Shown one piece after another: positions 8,714-19,520 of a DNA stretch of 64,000 nt. The stretch comes from Bacteroidales bacterium (GTDB taxonomy: Bacteria; Bacteroidota; Bacteroidia; Bacteroidales; GCA-2748055), in assembly GCA_030673645.1 (NCBI GenBank), contig DAOVIO010000006.1:5027-69026 (forward strand). Direction: 5' to 3'. The notes under the pieces were generated by a model, which was given only the letters and a program-made list of their open reading frames with translations, did no database searches and was not told where the DNA came from. Each line of letters starts with the position of its first letter. The first letter of the stretch is position 1. Position numbers and translations under genes: made by a program.

Positions 8714-10135
8714 CTAATTAATATGCTCCATCCGACTAGCATCCAACCTCAATAAAATGAAAAGTAAAATAGTAAAAGCCCAAAGTGAGGAGCCTCCATA
8801 GCTGAAAAATGGTAGAGGAATACCTATTACAGGGAACATTCCAATTGTCATTCCAATATTTACAAAAAAGTGAAAAAACAAAATCGAAACAACTCCATAG
8901 CCATATATTCTGGCAAATTTGGATCTTTGCCGCTCTGCCAATTTAACTAGTCTTAGCAGAAGGAAAACAAATAACAGAATCACAATGCTTGAACCAATAA
9001 AACCCCATTCCTCACCAACTGTACAAAAAATAAAATCAGTACTCTGCTCTGGAACGAAATTTAGTTTAGTCTGTGTACCATTTAAATAACCTTTACCACT
9101 TAATCCGCCCGAACCAATTGCAATCTTTGACTGTGCAAGATTATATCCAGCACCATGAGGATCAGACTCAAGACCGAGCATAATATTTATTCTCCTTTGC
9201 TGATAGGAGTCGAGAATATTATTAAAGGCGAAATCAACAGTAAAGACATAAAATATCGCCATTATCCCAAATCCCAGGATAATTCCTGCTGATCTCAATC
9301 TGGATTTCAAAATTACTATCAAAAAGATAATGCTTGAAAAACCTAAACTAAGAATCCCAATCCTTAAATTACCAGACTCCAATCCTGCCTGTGAATCTAT
9401 TCCCCAGAAGACAAATAAATTGCCTGCAATAATTAGTGCAGATAACATCATCTTCTTAAAACTTCTGAGAACAATCCCAGCTGAAAAAATTGATAATATT
9501 GTAATTATTCCAAGAATTATAACTTTCTCAAAGATTAGACTCAATAGAAATAAAACAATGAGCGAAATAGAAATAAGCAAGAAACTTATAGGAAAACCTT
9601 CACGAAATACGACTAGAATAAAAACAAAGAAAACAATAGCTGAACCAGTATCCGGTTGCAAAATAATTAATAGTGAAGGAGATAAAATTATTATGGCAGA
9701 AATAAAATATGTCTTAAACTTGTTAATTTTCAAATTAAATCCCGATAGATACCTTGCCAATGCTATTGCAACTGCAGGTTTGGCCAACTCTGAAGGTTGA
9801 ATTTGAAGACCACCAAGTATAATCCAGCTTTTGGCTCCGTTAATTTCTTTGCCAACAAGGAGTACTATTAGCAATAGAAGAATTGCCATTCCATAAAATG
9901 CATAGGCAAAAAAATCATAGAATTTATGATCAATGATCAATATTATTGTTGCAATAATTATAGAAGAGATCATCCATAAAAATTGCTTTCCCTGGCGATG
10001 ACTGAGATCCAGGAGCTCTGAAGTACTATCAGAATACACGGCTGAGTATATATTCAACCAACCTAAAACTATCATTATCAGGTACAGCAATACTGTAATC
10101 CAATCCATATTTGCTATAACACTACCTCTTTTCAT
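8714..10135 (-). CDS. rodA: rod shape-determining protein RodA (SEDS family)
   Basis: Polytopic FtsW/RodA/SpoVE-type protein (QPSELAK, PEQSTDFIF, LPFFSYGGSS). Its start overlaps the mrdA stop by 4 nt. Confidence 0.9.
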   Translation of the reverse strand: MKRGSVIANMDWITVLLYLIMIVLGWLNIYSAVYSDSTSELLDLSHRQGKQFLWMISSIIIATIILIIDHKFYDFFAYAFYGMAILLLLIVLLVGKEINGAKSWIILGGLQIQPSELAKPAVAIALARYLSGFNLKINKFKTYFISAIIILSPSLLIILQPDTGSAIVFFVFILVVFREGFPISFLLISISLIVLFLLSLIFEKVIILGIITILSIFSAGIVLRSFKKMMLSALIIAGNLFVFWGIDSQAGLESGNLRIGILSLGFSSIIFLIVILKSRLRSAGIILGFGIMAIFYVFTVDFAFNNILDSYQQRRINIMLGLESDPHGAGYNLAQSKIAIGSGGLSGKGYLNGTQTKLNFVPEQSTDFIFCTVGEEWGFIGSSIVILLFVFLLLRLVKLAERQRSKFARIYGYGVVSILFFHFFVNIGMTIGMFPVIGIPLPFFSYGGSSLWAFTILLFILLRLDASRMEHIN

Positions 10136-11964
10136 TCTATCTCTTCTTTATCTAATTGTGGACCGTTCAAGATATAGGTTTCCAGCCAGCTTCTGGTTAC
10201 CTCTCTAGTTAAATATTTTTCTATCATGAGACTTGCAATGGGGGCAGCCCAACTTGAACCAAATCCAACATTCTCGACATATGCCGCAATAGCAATCTTC
10301 GGATCATCTTTTGGGGCAAAAGCTACAAAGATGGAATGATCCTCACCAAATGGATTCTCAGCTGTGCCTGTCTTTCCACAGATTATCAAATCATTCATTT
10401 TTGCAATTCTAGCAGTACTTCCTTTTCCTCCGTTCACTACAAGATCCATTCCGTCAACAACAATTTCAAACAAGGATGAATCTATTGAGGTATAATGTTT
10501 GGATAGGAAATTCTCATTAATCTCACTACCATTTCCATATTCTTTAATAAGATGAGGGACAAAATAATATCCCCTGTTTGAGATAGCGGCAGTCATATTT
10601 GCCATTTGCAAAGGTGTTATTCCAAGTTCTCCTTGCCCGATAGCAAGAGAAAGGACAGTCAGAAAATTCCAGTGTCCAACTCCATAATACCTGTCATAAT
10701 AAGCCGGCTCAGGCACAAAACCCTTTAGTTCTCCTGAAATATCTGTTCCCAATCTATTCCCAAATCCAAAAGACTCAACATGATTTTTCCAATTAACATA
10801 AGCAGAATCTGTTCTTCCAAATTTCTTATCTTCAAGTATTCTGCCAAGAATATTACAGAAATAAGCATTACAGGAATTTTGAATAGCACCTACCAAATCA
10901 AGAGGTGAATCATGACTATGACACCCAACATGTATCCCCCTGTAATAATATCCCAGATCACAATAAAATCCTGTTGAAGGAGAGGAAACTCCTTCCTCTA
11001 AGGAAATTAATCCATTTATAATCTTAAAAGTTGATCCGGGTGGATAACTGGCAGCTACGGCTCTGTTAAAAACAGGATTTAATGTATCGGTGGCAAGCTT
11101 GTTATAATTCGCACTTAATCCTCTTCCAACTAATAAATCAGGCGGAAAAGAAGGTGCTGAAACCAGAGACAGAATTTCCCCCGTACCCGGCTCAATGGCC
11201 ACAATACTACCAGAAAAAGATCTCATTAATTTCTCCCCGTACTCCTGCAATTCATTGTCAATCGTAAGAGTAATATTCGTACCCAGAACAGACTGCTCAT
11301 CAAATCTACCTGCTTCCCATTCCCCAGTAATTCTATTATGAACATCTACCATATAATACTTGTGTCCTTTTTCTCCACGCAAAACTTCCTCATAAGTCTT
11401 TTCAATACCGCTGATGCCAATATAATCACCTGAAACATAATAATCGCTGTTCTCAACATCTTTTTTACTGACCTCCCCGACATAACCAAGCACATGGGAT
11501 GCAATATTCTTTGGATATTTACGGAGCGTCCTCGACTGAAGATAGAATCCATTATACAGAAAGAGTTTCTCAGAAAATACAGAACTAATTTCAGCAGGAA
11601 CCTGCTTCATGAACACTGAAGGGACATAATAACTATATTCTTTGGCTTTTTTTATCCTCTCATCAAAATCCTGTCTTTCAATGCCAAGTAAACGACATAA
11701 TTCAATTGTGTCAAAACTTTCCATCTGACGGGGAATTACCATAATATCATAAGCTGCCTGATTCGATACTAATAGATTTTGATTCCTGTCATAAACAAGA
11801 CCCCTGGCAGGATAAATAATAACATCTCGCCGTGAATTACTTTCAGCAGATAATTTATATCTGTCATCAATTATCTGCATATAAAACAACTTTGTGATAA
11901 AAAGCAAAGCAGACAACAGAATCAGAATAATAATTATATATTTTCTGTCGACGTATGAATTCAT
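10132..11964 (-). CDS. mrdA: penicillin-binding protein 2
   Basis: N-terminal TM plus PBP dimerisation domain. Transpeptidase motifs STFK (PPGSTFKI), SCN, KTGTA. Confidence 0.9.
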   Translation of the reverse strand: MNSYVDRKYIIIILILLSALLFITKLFYMQIIDDRYKLSAESNSRRDVIIYPARGLVYDRNQNLLVSNQAAYDIMVIPRQMESFDTIELCRLLGIERQDFDERIKKAKEYSYYVPSVFMKQVPAEISSVFSEKLFLYNGFYLQSRTLRKYPKNIASHVLGYVGEVSKKDVENSDYYVSGDYIGISGIEKTYEEVLRGEKGHKYYMVDVHNRITGEWEAGRFDEQSVLGTNITLTIDNELQEYGEKLMRSFSGSIVAIEPGTGEILSLVSAPSFPPDLLVGRGLSANYNKLATDTLNPVFNRAVAASYPPGSTFKIINGLISLEEGVSSPSTGFYCDLGYYYRGIHVGCHSHDSPLDLVGAIQNSCNAYFCNILGRILEDKKFGRTDSAYVNWKNHVESFGFGNRLGTDISGELKGFVPEPAYYDRYYGVGHWNFLTVLSLAIGQGELGITPLQMANMTAAISNRGYYFVPHLIKEYGNGSEINENFLSKHYTSIDSSLFEIVVDGMDLVVNGGKGSTARIAKMNDLIICGKTGTAENPFGEDHSIFVAFAPKDDPKIAIAAYVENVGFGSSWAAPIASLMIEKYLTREVTRSWLETYILNGPQLDKEEIE

Positions 11965-12470
11965 TATTTCCTAAACACAAAAAATTGACTCAAAATAACT
12001 AAAAAGGTTGAAATCAATGTATTTAAAATAGTTCTCCATAAAATATGCAAGATATCGGAAAGTCTGAACATTTCAAGGCTGAATAAAAATAAATGGTGGA
12101 CGAAAATCAGGATAATACTATACTTTGCAAACCAGCCTAATCCATAATAATATACTCGCGGGAAACTCCCTGATTCATATCCATCTCTGGGAGCAAAAGT
12201 CTGTAATATAAAAGGTCTAAAGTAAGCCATTAAAACTGTTGCCGCAGTATGAAATCCCGGATTCATCAGAAAAATATCCATACTTAAACCTAATAAGAAT
12301 GCAATAATCAGCAGGGCCCAACCTGTAATTTCAAAAGGCATTAGAATAATAAAAAGGACATAAATATATGGACTAATATTCCCTCCGAGTTGTATATTTT
12401 CAAAGATCAATATCTGTACAAAGATCAGGACAATAAAACGAACTATATTTCTTAAATAAATCCTAATCAT
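11964..12470 (-). CDS. mreD: rod shape-determining protein MreD
   Basis: 168-aa polytopic membrane protein lying between mreC and mrdA. Confidence 0.75.
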   Translation of the reverse strand: MIRIYLRNIVRFIVLIFVQILIFENIQLGGNISPYIYVLFIILMPFEITGWALLIIAFLLGLSMDIFLMNPGFHTAATVLMAYFRPFILQTFAPRDGYESGSFPRVYYYGLGWFAKYSIILIFVHHLFLFSLEMFRLSDILHILWRTILNTLISTFLVILSQFFVFRK

Positions 12471-13305
12471 AAGAAACTTCCCTTTCCAGCTCTTTTTGCT
12501 CTTCTTGCAAGTAATTTCTGATTACCATCACATGATTTATTGTTCTAAAATTAACGAATAGTTGAATCTGGATATTATAAAAATTACCTTGTCCTTTCTG
12601 GTATCCATCTATTCTCCCAATCGGTAGATCTTTTGGGTAAATTGAAGAATAACCACTAGTTACAATGGTGTCACCTTCATTAATATTAACATGAACAGGA
12701 ATCTCACTTAACTGAACATATTCCGGACTTCTTCCGTCCCAATCCAAAATGCCGAAGTAATCGTTTCCCTTTATTTTCGCACCAACCCGCGAGTTCCTGT
12801 TCAGCAATGTCTGTATTGTAGCAAAGTTATCTGAAGTTTGAATTATCATTCCTACTACACCACAACTAGAAATTACAGCCATATTTGCCTGGAGCTGATT
12901 TGATTCTCCCTTATTAATTGTAATATAGTTGTATTGTTTATTTATCGAACTGTTTACAATCTCTGCAGGTTTAAAAAAGTATCTGTCCTCATTTGAAATA
13001 TCTAAGGTATCGGAAGTGAAATTTTCAGGATATGAAAGATAGACAGTAGTATTGAAGTTATTCAACTGATTTCTGAGATAAACATTTTCGCTGTTTAGTC
13101 GCTCATTCTCTTCTTGTAAAAATAAATAATCTCCTATATTAGTAAGCCGATTATTTATTGATGCAGTTATATTCCTGCTTACATTTAGGAAAAATGATTT
13201 TTGAAAGGGATTAAATTGAAAAATAAGAACAAGAGAAATCGATTCCAGGAAAAGGAATAAAAGAACAAAATAGTTTTTTACAATTAACCTGAAAAGAGTC
13301 CTCAT
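12463..13305 (-). CDS. mreC: rod shape-determining protein MreC
   Basis: N-terminal TM, coiled-coil (ENERLNSENVYLRNQL) and beta-rich C-terminal domain. Position after mreB. Confidence 0.85.
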   Translation of the reverse strand: MRTLFRLIVKNYFVLLFLFLESISLVLIFQFNPFQKSFFLNVSRNITASINNRLTNIGDYLFLQEENERLNSENVYLRNQLNNFNTTVYLSYPENFTSDTLDISNEDRYFFKPAEIVNSSINKQYNYITINKGESNQLQANMAVISSCGVVGMIIQTSDNFATIQTLLNRNSRVGAKIKGNDYFGILDWDGRSPEYVQLSEIPVHVNINEGDTIVTSGYSSIYPKDLPIGRIDGYQKGQGNFYNIQIQLFVNFRTINHVMVIRNYLQEEQKELEREVSYD

Positions 13306-13312
13306 TTTATCA

Positions 13313-14332
13313 TTATCTCATCAGAAATGAAAATTTACCAATATTTTTTAATGCTATTCCAGTTCCCCTGGCAATTGCCTGAAGCGGATCTTCAGCTACG
13401 TGAAACGGAATATTTATTTTTTCTGAGAATCTTTTATCCAATCCCTTAAGCAGAGCCCCACCACCAGCGAGGTAGATGCCTTTCTGAACGATATCAGCAT
13501 ATAATTCAGGAGGTGTTTGTTCCAGAACAGATAAAATTGCAGTTTCAATTTTAGATATAGACTTATCGAGGCAATGTGCAATTTCCTGATATGAAATTGG
13601 AATTTCAATAGGCATTGCTGTCATTAAGTTCGGACCTCTGACACCAAAATCAGTGGGCGGATTCTCAAGGTCAGAAAGCGCTGAACCAACAGATATTTTA
13701 ATCTCCTCTGCTGTTCGTTCACCGATTTTAATATTATGTTGATGTCTCATATACGCCTGAATATCAGCAGTAAATCCATCTCCTGCTACCCTAAGAGACT
13801 CGTTGCAAACTATGCCACCAAGAGCAATAACAGCTATTTCTGTTGTTCCACCTCCAATATCAACAACCATATTTCCAATTGGAGCTTCTACATCAATCCC
13901 AATCCCGATTGCCGCTGCCATCGGTTCATATATCATATAAACATCGCGCCCACCAGCATGTTCTGAGGAATCTCTAACAGCCCTTCGCTCAACTTCTGTA
14001 CAACCTGAAGGTATGCATACTACCATTTTCAATGAAGGAGTAAAAAAGCGATTCCCCCTATTGATCAACTTAATCATTTCCCTGATCATCAGCTCAGCTG
14101 CATCAAAATCCGCAATTACCCCATCGCGCAATGGGCGAATAGTTATTATATTTTCATGGGTTTTCCCATGCATTTGTCTTGCCTTGTCCCCTATTGCTAT
14201 TAATTTCCCTGTTTTCTGGTCAATAGCTACAATGGAAGGCTCGTTCACAACTACCTTGTCATTGTAAATAATAATGGTATTGGCTGTACCTAAATCTATC
14301 GCTAATTCTTGCTGAAACGAAAACAAACCCAT
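13313..14332 (-). CDS. mreB: rod shape-determining protein MreB
   Basis: Actin-fold motifs DLGTANT, VVDIGGGTTE, YLAGGGALLKGLD. Confidence 0.95.
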   Translation of the reverse strand: MGLFSFQQELAIDLGTANTIIIYNDKVVVNEPSIVAIDQKTGKLIAIGDKARQMHGKTHENIITIRPLRDGVIADFDAAELMIREMIKLINRGNRFFTPSLKMVVCIPSGCTEVERRAVRDSSEHAGGRDVYMIYEPMAAAIGIGIDVEAPIGNMVVDIGGGTTEIAVIALGGIVCNESLRVAGDGFTADIQAYMRHQHNIKIGERTAEEIKISVGSALSDLENPPTDFGVRGPNLMTAMPIEIPISYQEIAHCLDKSISKIETAILSVLEQTPPELYADIVQKGIYLAGGGALLKGLDKRFSEKINIPFHVAEDPLQAIARGTGIALKNIGKFSFLMR

Positions 14333-14337
14333 ATTCT

Positions 14338-15861
14338 CTAATGTTTAAAATGTCTAATTCCAGTAAATACCATACTCATCTTGTTTGCATTGCAATAATC
14401 AATCGAATCCTTATCTTTTATCGAACCTCCAGGTTGAATAACGGAAGAAATTCCAGCTTTATTAGCGATTTCAACTGAATCGGCGAATGGAAAGAAAGCA
14501 TCTGATGCCATAACCGATCCAACAAGACTAATTTCAAAATTTTTTGCTTTTTCAATGGCCTGTTTCAGAGCATCTACTCTTGAAGTTTGGCCAACACCAC
14601 TTGCACATAATTGCTTATTTTTTACAAGTACAATTGTATTAGATTTAGTATGCTTAACTATTTTATTTGCAAATAAAAGATCCTGAATTGTATTTTCATC
14701 TGGACTTAAATCTGTTACTGAATTTAAATCATTAATTGATTCTGAATAAACGTCTTTATCCTGAACAAGGGCTCCATTTAATACTGTTCTAGTGGTTCTG
14801 TCTTTGAAATCAGCAGATTTTTGTATCAGTACAATCCTATTTTTCTTTTGTTTTAATAGTTCTAATGCTTTCTTATCATAAGAGGGGGCAATTATTACTT
14901 CATAAAATATTTTATTAACCTCTGTGGCTGTTTTTTCATCAACCTGTACATTTGTAACCAATATTCCGCCAAATGCTGATACCGGATCTCCGGCTAGTGC
15001 ATCATTCCATGCATCAATTAATTCAGGTCTGCTTGCAATACCGCATGCATTGTTATGTTTCAAGATGGCAAAAGTAGTTTCTTCAAATTCACCCATGAGA
15101 TGAACAGCCGCATCTATATCGAGTAAATTGTTATAAGAAATCTCTTTCCCATGAAGCTTTTCGAATATTTCATCAAAATTGCCGTAAAAATATCCTTCCT
15201 GATGCGGATTCTCCCCATATCTTAATTTCTTACCCGGAAATACAGATTCTTTCAATGCCGTCAAACTTTCAGCATCAAAATAATTGAAAATCATAGAATC
15301 GTAATGTGAAGAAATTTGGAAAGCAGCAGTTGCAAATTTTCTACGGTCTGCTATTTCGGTGCTTCCTTCTTTTTCAATCAGTAACTGATTAAGCTCTTCA
15401 TACTGATCTCGGGAAGAAACAACCAAAACATCTTTAAAATTCTTAGCTGCCGCACGAATTAATGAAATTCCACCTATATCAATCTTTTCAATAATTGAAG
15501 CCTCGTCAGCTCCTGATTTTACCGTTTCTTCAAAAGGGTATAGATCAACAATCACAAGATCCATCTCAGGAATCTCATACTCTATTACTTGCTTTTTATC
15601 AGATTCATCATCTCTTCTGGATAATATTCCACCAAAAACTTTTGGATGAAGTGTCTTAACTCTTCCTCCCAAAATTGATGGATAACCAGTAAGATCCTCA
15701 ACAGCTGTAACTTTCACTCCAAGATCCTCGATAAATGATTTGGTTCCTCCTGTTGAATAGATTTTTACATCCTTTTTTATCAGTCCTCTTACAACTTCTT
15801 CCAGATTTTCTTTATGATAGACAGAAATAAGAGCTGAATTTATCTTTTTTTTAGTATTCAT
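14338..15861 (-). CDS. purH: bifunctional AICAR transformylase / IMP cyclohydrolase
   Basis: ALISVYHKENL, STGGT, KTLHPK, GGILVT...; full-length 507 aa. Confidence 0.95.
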   Translation of the reverse strand: MNTKKKINSALISVYHKENLEEVVRGLIKKDVKIYSTGGTKSFIEDLGVKVTAVEDLTGYPSILGGRVKTLHPKVFGGILSRRDDESDKKQVIEYEIPEMDLVIVDLYPFEETVKSGADEASIIEKIDIGGISLIRAAAKNFKDVLVVSSRDQYEELNQLLIEKEGSTEIADRRKFATAAFQISSHYDSMIFNYFDAESLTALKESVFPGKKLRYGENPHQEGYFYGNFDEIFEKLHGKEISYNNLLDIDAAVHLMGEFEETTFAILKHNNACGIASRPELIDAWNDALAGDPVSAFGGILVTNVQVDEKTATEVNKIFYEVIIAPSYDKKALELLKQKKNRIVLIQKSADFKDRTTRTVLNGALVQDKDVYSESINDLNSVTDLSPDENTIQDLLFANKIVKHTKSNTIVLVKNKQLCASGVGQTSRVDALKQAIEKAKNFEISLVGSVMASDAFFPFADSVEIANKAGISSVIQPGGSIKDKDSIDYCNANKMSMVFTGIRHFKH

Positions 15862-16005
15862 TTATAAGAATTAATAAAGGTGGACAAAATTATTAAATAT
15901 GGTAAAAATAGAGTAATTTCGAAATGATAAAATCATTAATAAAATTATACAAAGGAAGTAGTTTCCAATGAATTAAAGAAAGTTTTCTTAAAATATTTTC
16001 CAACC

Positions 16006-17262
16006 ATGCTTAAACTCCTAAGACTCAGTATAGAAAGTATGTTTTTTGCCCTCCAGGCTGTAGTTGTAAACAGGCTACGTACATTACTATCCTTGTTGGG
16101 CATAACCATAGGCATATTTGCTATTATTGCAGTGTTTACTATTGTTGATTCGCTTGAAATGAATATTCGAGAAAGTCTATCATCTTTGGGATCTGATATT
16201 ATTTACATAGAAAAATGGCCATGGACAGAGGAAGGCGGGGGAGAGTTTAAGTGGTGGCAGTACGTTAACAGACCTTTACCAAACATTCAAGAGTACGCTC
16301 TGCTAAAAACCCGTCTTACAAAAGCTGAGGAAATTGCATTTATAATTTCGACTTCAACTTCTGTTCAATACAAAGACAATCTGATCGATAACATAAATTT
16401 CGTAGGGGTTTCATCGGGTTTTGACGATATTAGAAATTTTGATATTCAAAAAGGTCGTTATTTTTCAGATTTTGAATTGAATTCCGGGAAAAACATTTGT
16501 GTCGTGGGTCACGAAATTGCTAATAAATTGTTCGAAAATATAGATCCACTTGGAAAAGTCATTACCATAAGAGGTCATAAAACAAGAATTGTAGGGGTGT
16601 TTAAAAAAGAAGGGAAAGATACTTTTGGTGACTCTTTTGATGAAAATGTAATGGTACCAGTAAATCACGTTCGAAATGTTATTAATATTAGGAGTGAGTC
16701 TTTGCATCCTATGATATGGGTTAAAGCAGCAGAAAATATCAGCACCGCTGAACTAATGGGAGAGATTAGAATGAATCTTAGAAATATTCGTCGCCTAAAA
16801 CCAAAGGCAGAAGATAATTTCGCGCTTAATCAAACCAGCATGCTAAACAATCAACTCGATGATTTTTTTGGCGTATTGAATGTTGCAGGATGGTTTATCG
16901 GGATATTTTCATTATTAGTAGGGGGCTTTGGAATAGCAAATATCATGTTTGTATCAGTAAAAGAAAGAACTAAGATGATTGGTGTTCAGAAAGCCCTTGG
17001 TGCTAAGAAGTATTTTATTATTGAACAGTTCATCTTTGAATCTGTACTTTTGGCCATTATGGGTGGTTTCGTTGGCCTTCTTTTTGTTTATGTAGGTACA
17101 GCCATTATAAATACAGTATCAGATTTTACAGTCACTTTAACGGTGAGTAATATTATTATGGGTTTAAGCATTTCATCTGTGATAGGTTTAATTTCAGGAC
17201 TAGCACCTGCATATTCAGCTGCAAAGTTAGACCCGGTGATAGCGATAAATTCAACTTTCTAG
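16006..17262 (+). CDS. ABC transporter permease, FtsX/MacB-like
   Basis: N-terminal TM, large periplasmic MacB-type domain, C-terminal FtsX 3-TM bundle (KALGAKK..., PAYSAAKLDPVIAI). No adjacent ATPase. Confidence 0.8.
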   Translation: MLKLLRLSIESMFFALQAVVVNRLRTLLSLLGITIGIFAIIAVFTIVDSLEMNIRESLSSLGSDIIYIEKWPWTEEGGGEFKWWQYVNRPLPNIQEYALLKTRLTKAEEIAFIISTSTSVQYKDNLIDNINFVGVSSGFDDIRNFDIQKGRYFSDFELNSGKNICVVGHEIANKLFENIDPLGKVITIRGHKTRIVGVFKKEGKDTFGDSFDENVMVPVNHVRNVINIRSESLHPMIWVKAAENISTAELMGEIRMNLRNIRRLKPKAEDNFALNQTSMLNNQLDDFFGVLNVAGWFIGIFSLLVGGFGIANIMFVSVKERTKMIGVQKALGAKKYFIIEQFIFESVLLAIMGGFVGLLFVYVGTAIINTVSDFTVTLTVSNIIMGLSISSVIGLISGLAPAYSAAKLDPVIAINSTF

Positions 17263-17286
17263 GGATGGAAGGGGTTGCTGGTTGCT
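17263..17286. repeat. GC-rich intergenic element (E3)
   Basis: ggatggaaggggttgctggttgct fills the 24-nt gap between two convergent TAG stops (17260-17262 and 17287-17289). Confidence 0.55.
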
Positions 17287-18645
17287 CTACATAACACCAT
17301 ACAATAAACGTCCAACCAGAAAATAGATAAACAGACCCATGATGTCATTCATGGTAGTGATGAAAGGACCGGTTGCCAATGCTGGATCAATTTTAACTTT
17401 ATTGAGAACAAGGGGAATTAATGTGCCAAAAAAGGCGGCGAAAAGTATTACAATTAACAATGAGATACTTACTGTGAAAGTAAGTGCAAGTGAATCTGAG
17501 AAATAATAATTATATCCAAAGAGCAGGACAGCAAGAATTCCTCCATTTAAGAATCCTACTAATAATTCTTTAAGCAATTTAGAAATTGTACTCTCTAGTC
17601 CAAGAGTATTATTTGCAATACTTTGAACAACAATTGCTGAGGACTGGATTCCTACATTTCCTGCCATTGCAGCTATAAGTGGAATAAAGAAGGCCATTTT
17701 AGGATTAATTTTCAGATCCATTTCGAATTGTCCTATTACAAGAGCTACCAGTACACCTCCAAATAGACCAATCATTAACCAGGGAAGACGAGCCCGGGTA
17801 AGCAGCCATGCAGAATCGGAATGCTCAACGTCCTCTGTAATACCAGATGCAAGCTGATAATCTTTTTCAGCTTCTTCATGTATTACATCCATTACGTCAT
17901 CAATAGTAATTCTTCCCATAAGGCGTCCAATAGCATCAATTACGGGAAGACTTACAAGGTCATATTTCCTCATTATATTAGCTACGTCTTCATCGTTTGT
18001 ATCAGTATGAACTGATATAACATCAGGATTATAAAGATTATTAATTTTCTGACTTGAAGATGCCAAAACCAACTTCTTAAGAGATAATGTTCCTTTCAGG
18101 ATTTTAGTATCATCTACAACATATACGTAAAACACCTCATCAACATTTTCTGCTTGCTTGCGCATTTCCTTTAATGCTGTAAGAATAGTCCAGTTTTTAT
18201 TAACTGTGATCATCTCCTTAGCCATGAGACCACCAGCAGTGTCTTCATCATAGCTTAGAAGATCAACAATATCTCCAGCCTGATCAACATCCTCTATAAA
18301 TTGCAGTACCTCTTCTTTTTTCGCTTCAGGTAGGTCAGCAAGAACGTCAGCAGCATCATCAGAATCCATTTCGTTGATAAACTGGGTGGCAATGGTTTCC
18401 GAAGGCAAGACCTTCAAAAATTTACCCCTGTCATCATCCTCAAGCTCAGCAAGTACATCTGCGGCTTTTTCACCCTCTAGTAACAGATACAAAAATTTGG
18501 CACTTTCAATATCAATTTCAGTGTATATTTCAGCAATATCAGCAGCATGAAGTTTATTGAGCATTTCAATAGCCAACTTCTCATCTTTAGCTGAAATTAC
18601 CTTCTGCAATTCGGATAAATATTCTCTTGTTAATTCGAAATTCAT
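17287..18645 (-). CDS. mgtE: magnesium transporter MgtE
   Basis: N-domain, tandem CBS domains and a C-terminal 5-TM MgtE channel (GNVGIQSSAIVV, PFITTMNDI). Confidence 0.9.
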   Translation of the reverse strand: MNFELTREYLSELQKVISAKDEKLAIEMLNKLHAADIAEIYTEIDIESAKFLYLLLEGEKAADVLAELEDDDRGKFLKVLPSETIATQFINEMDSDDAADVLADLPEAKKEEVLQFIEDVDQAGDIVDLLSYDEDTAGGLMAKEMITVNKNWTILTALKEMRKQAENVDEVFYVYVVDDTKILKGTLSLKKLVLASSSQKINNLYNPDVISVHTDTNDEDVANIMRKYDLVSLPVIDAIGRLMGRITIDDVMDVIHEEAEKDYQLASGITEDVEHSDSAWLLTRARLPWLMIGLFGGVLVALVIGQFEMDLKINPKMAFFIPLIAAMAGNVGIQSSAIVVQSIANNTLGLESTISKLLKELLVGFLNGGILAVLLFGYNYYFSDSLALTFTVSISLLIVILFAAFFGTLIPLVLNKVKIDPALATGPFITTMNDIMGLFIYFLVGRLLYGVM

Positions 18646-18662
18646 GATCTGGCAGATTATTC

Positions 18663-19436
18663 CTATTTCTTAATTTTTTCCAATTTTGTGCAGAGCTCTA
18701 TAAAATCTTCAACAGATAATTCTTCAGGTCGTCTTCTTAGTCCAAAGTCTTCAATATCCGGATTCAAATTTACTAAAATACTCTTTAATGAGTTGCTTAT
18801 CACTTTTCTCCTTTGATTGAAAGACATTTTGATAGTGCCCCGATAAAAATTTTCATCGCATGAGATTTTTTCCCGATTGTTTCTTTTCAACCTTATTACG
18901 CTTGAAATTACTGAAGGAGCAGGAAAAAAAGATCCGGGTTTCACATTAAATTCCAACTTTATATCATACCATGTTTGAAGCAATACCGAGAGAATCCCAT
19001 ATTGCTTATTTCCAGGAGCGGACACAATTCTCTGTGCTACTTCTTTCTGAATCATACAAACAACCTCATCAACTATGTCTTTATTTTCAAGGATTTTAAA
19101 AAATATCTGAGATGAAATATTATAGGGGAAATTTCCAATAACGCTAATTGAGCCATCTAACTGCCTTAAATCTTGTTTCAAAAAATCTCCCTCTATCAGG
19201 TTCTCATTCATTTCAGGATACTTAATTCGCAAAAAATCTACGGCCTCCTGATCAATCTCTACCAGGTGTAAATTATTCCCAGCCTTTTTGATCAAAAAAT
19301 CAGTTAGTATTCCTTTCCCGGGACCCACCTCTACCACAGTTGTCTCTGACTCATTTTGCAAAAGCTTAGTAATCCGTTCAGCGATGGAAGAATCGGTTAG
19401 AAAATGCTGTCCAAGACGTTTTTTGGGTTTAACCAT
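18663..19436 (-). CDS. rsmA: 16S rRNA (adenine1518/1519-N6)-dimethyltransferase
   Basis: KKRLGQHFL, VVEVGPGKGILT, GNFPYNISS motifs. Confidence 0.9.
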   Translation of the reverse strand: MVKPKKRLGQHFLTDSSIAERITKLLQNESETTVVEVGPGKGILTDFLIKKAGNNLHLVEIDQEAVDFLRIKYPEMNENLIEGDFLKQDLRQLDGSISVIGNFPYNISSQIFFKILENKDIVDEVVCMIQKEVAQRIVSAPGNKQYGILSVLLQTWYDIKLEFNVKPGSFFPAPSVISSVIRLKRNNREKISCDENFYRGTIKMSFNQRRKVISNSLKSILVNLNPDIEDFGLRRRPEELSVEDFIELCTKLEKIKK

Positions 19437-19520
19437 GATTATACAAATTTGAAGAAAATATCTTACAATCCTGTTCGAACTCAGGTAATTTTATAATTTT
19501 ATGATCTATATAATACAACT

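Noticed and set aside
9330-9800. 156-aa plus-strand ORF antisense to rodA. Similar antisense ORFs include 1122-1467, 2305-3108, 13736-14267, 27247-27738, 37363-37722, 38517-39405, 42355-42621, 56425-57047 and 58655-59065.
   Set aside because: All are embedded antisense in genes with strong family signatures and have low-complexity, AT-codon-driven translations with no recognisable motifs. They are typical shadow ORFs of an AT-rich genome.
17263-17304. TAG read-through extensions (for example GWKGLLVALHNTIQ after the permease, GVVCWWLR after recQ)
   Set aside because: The extensions are short, dissimilar to each other at the protein level, and explained more simply by a nucleotide-level repeat. 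I keep this only as a test inside the related finding.
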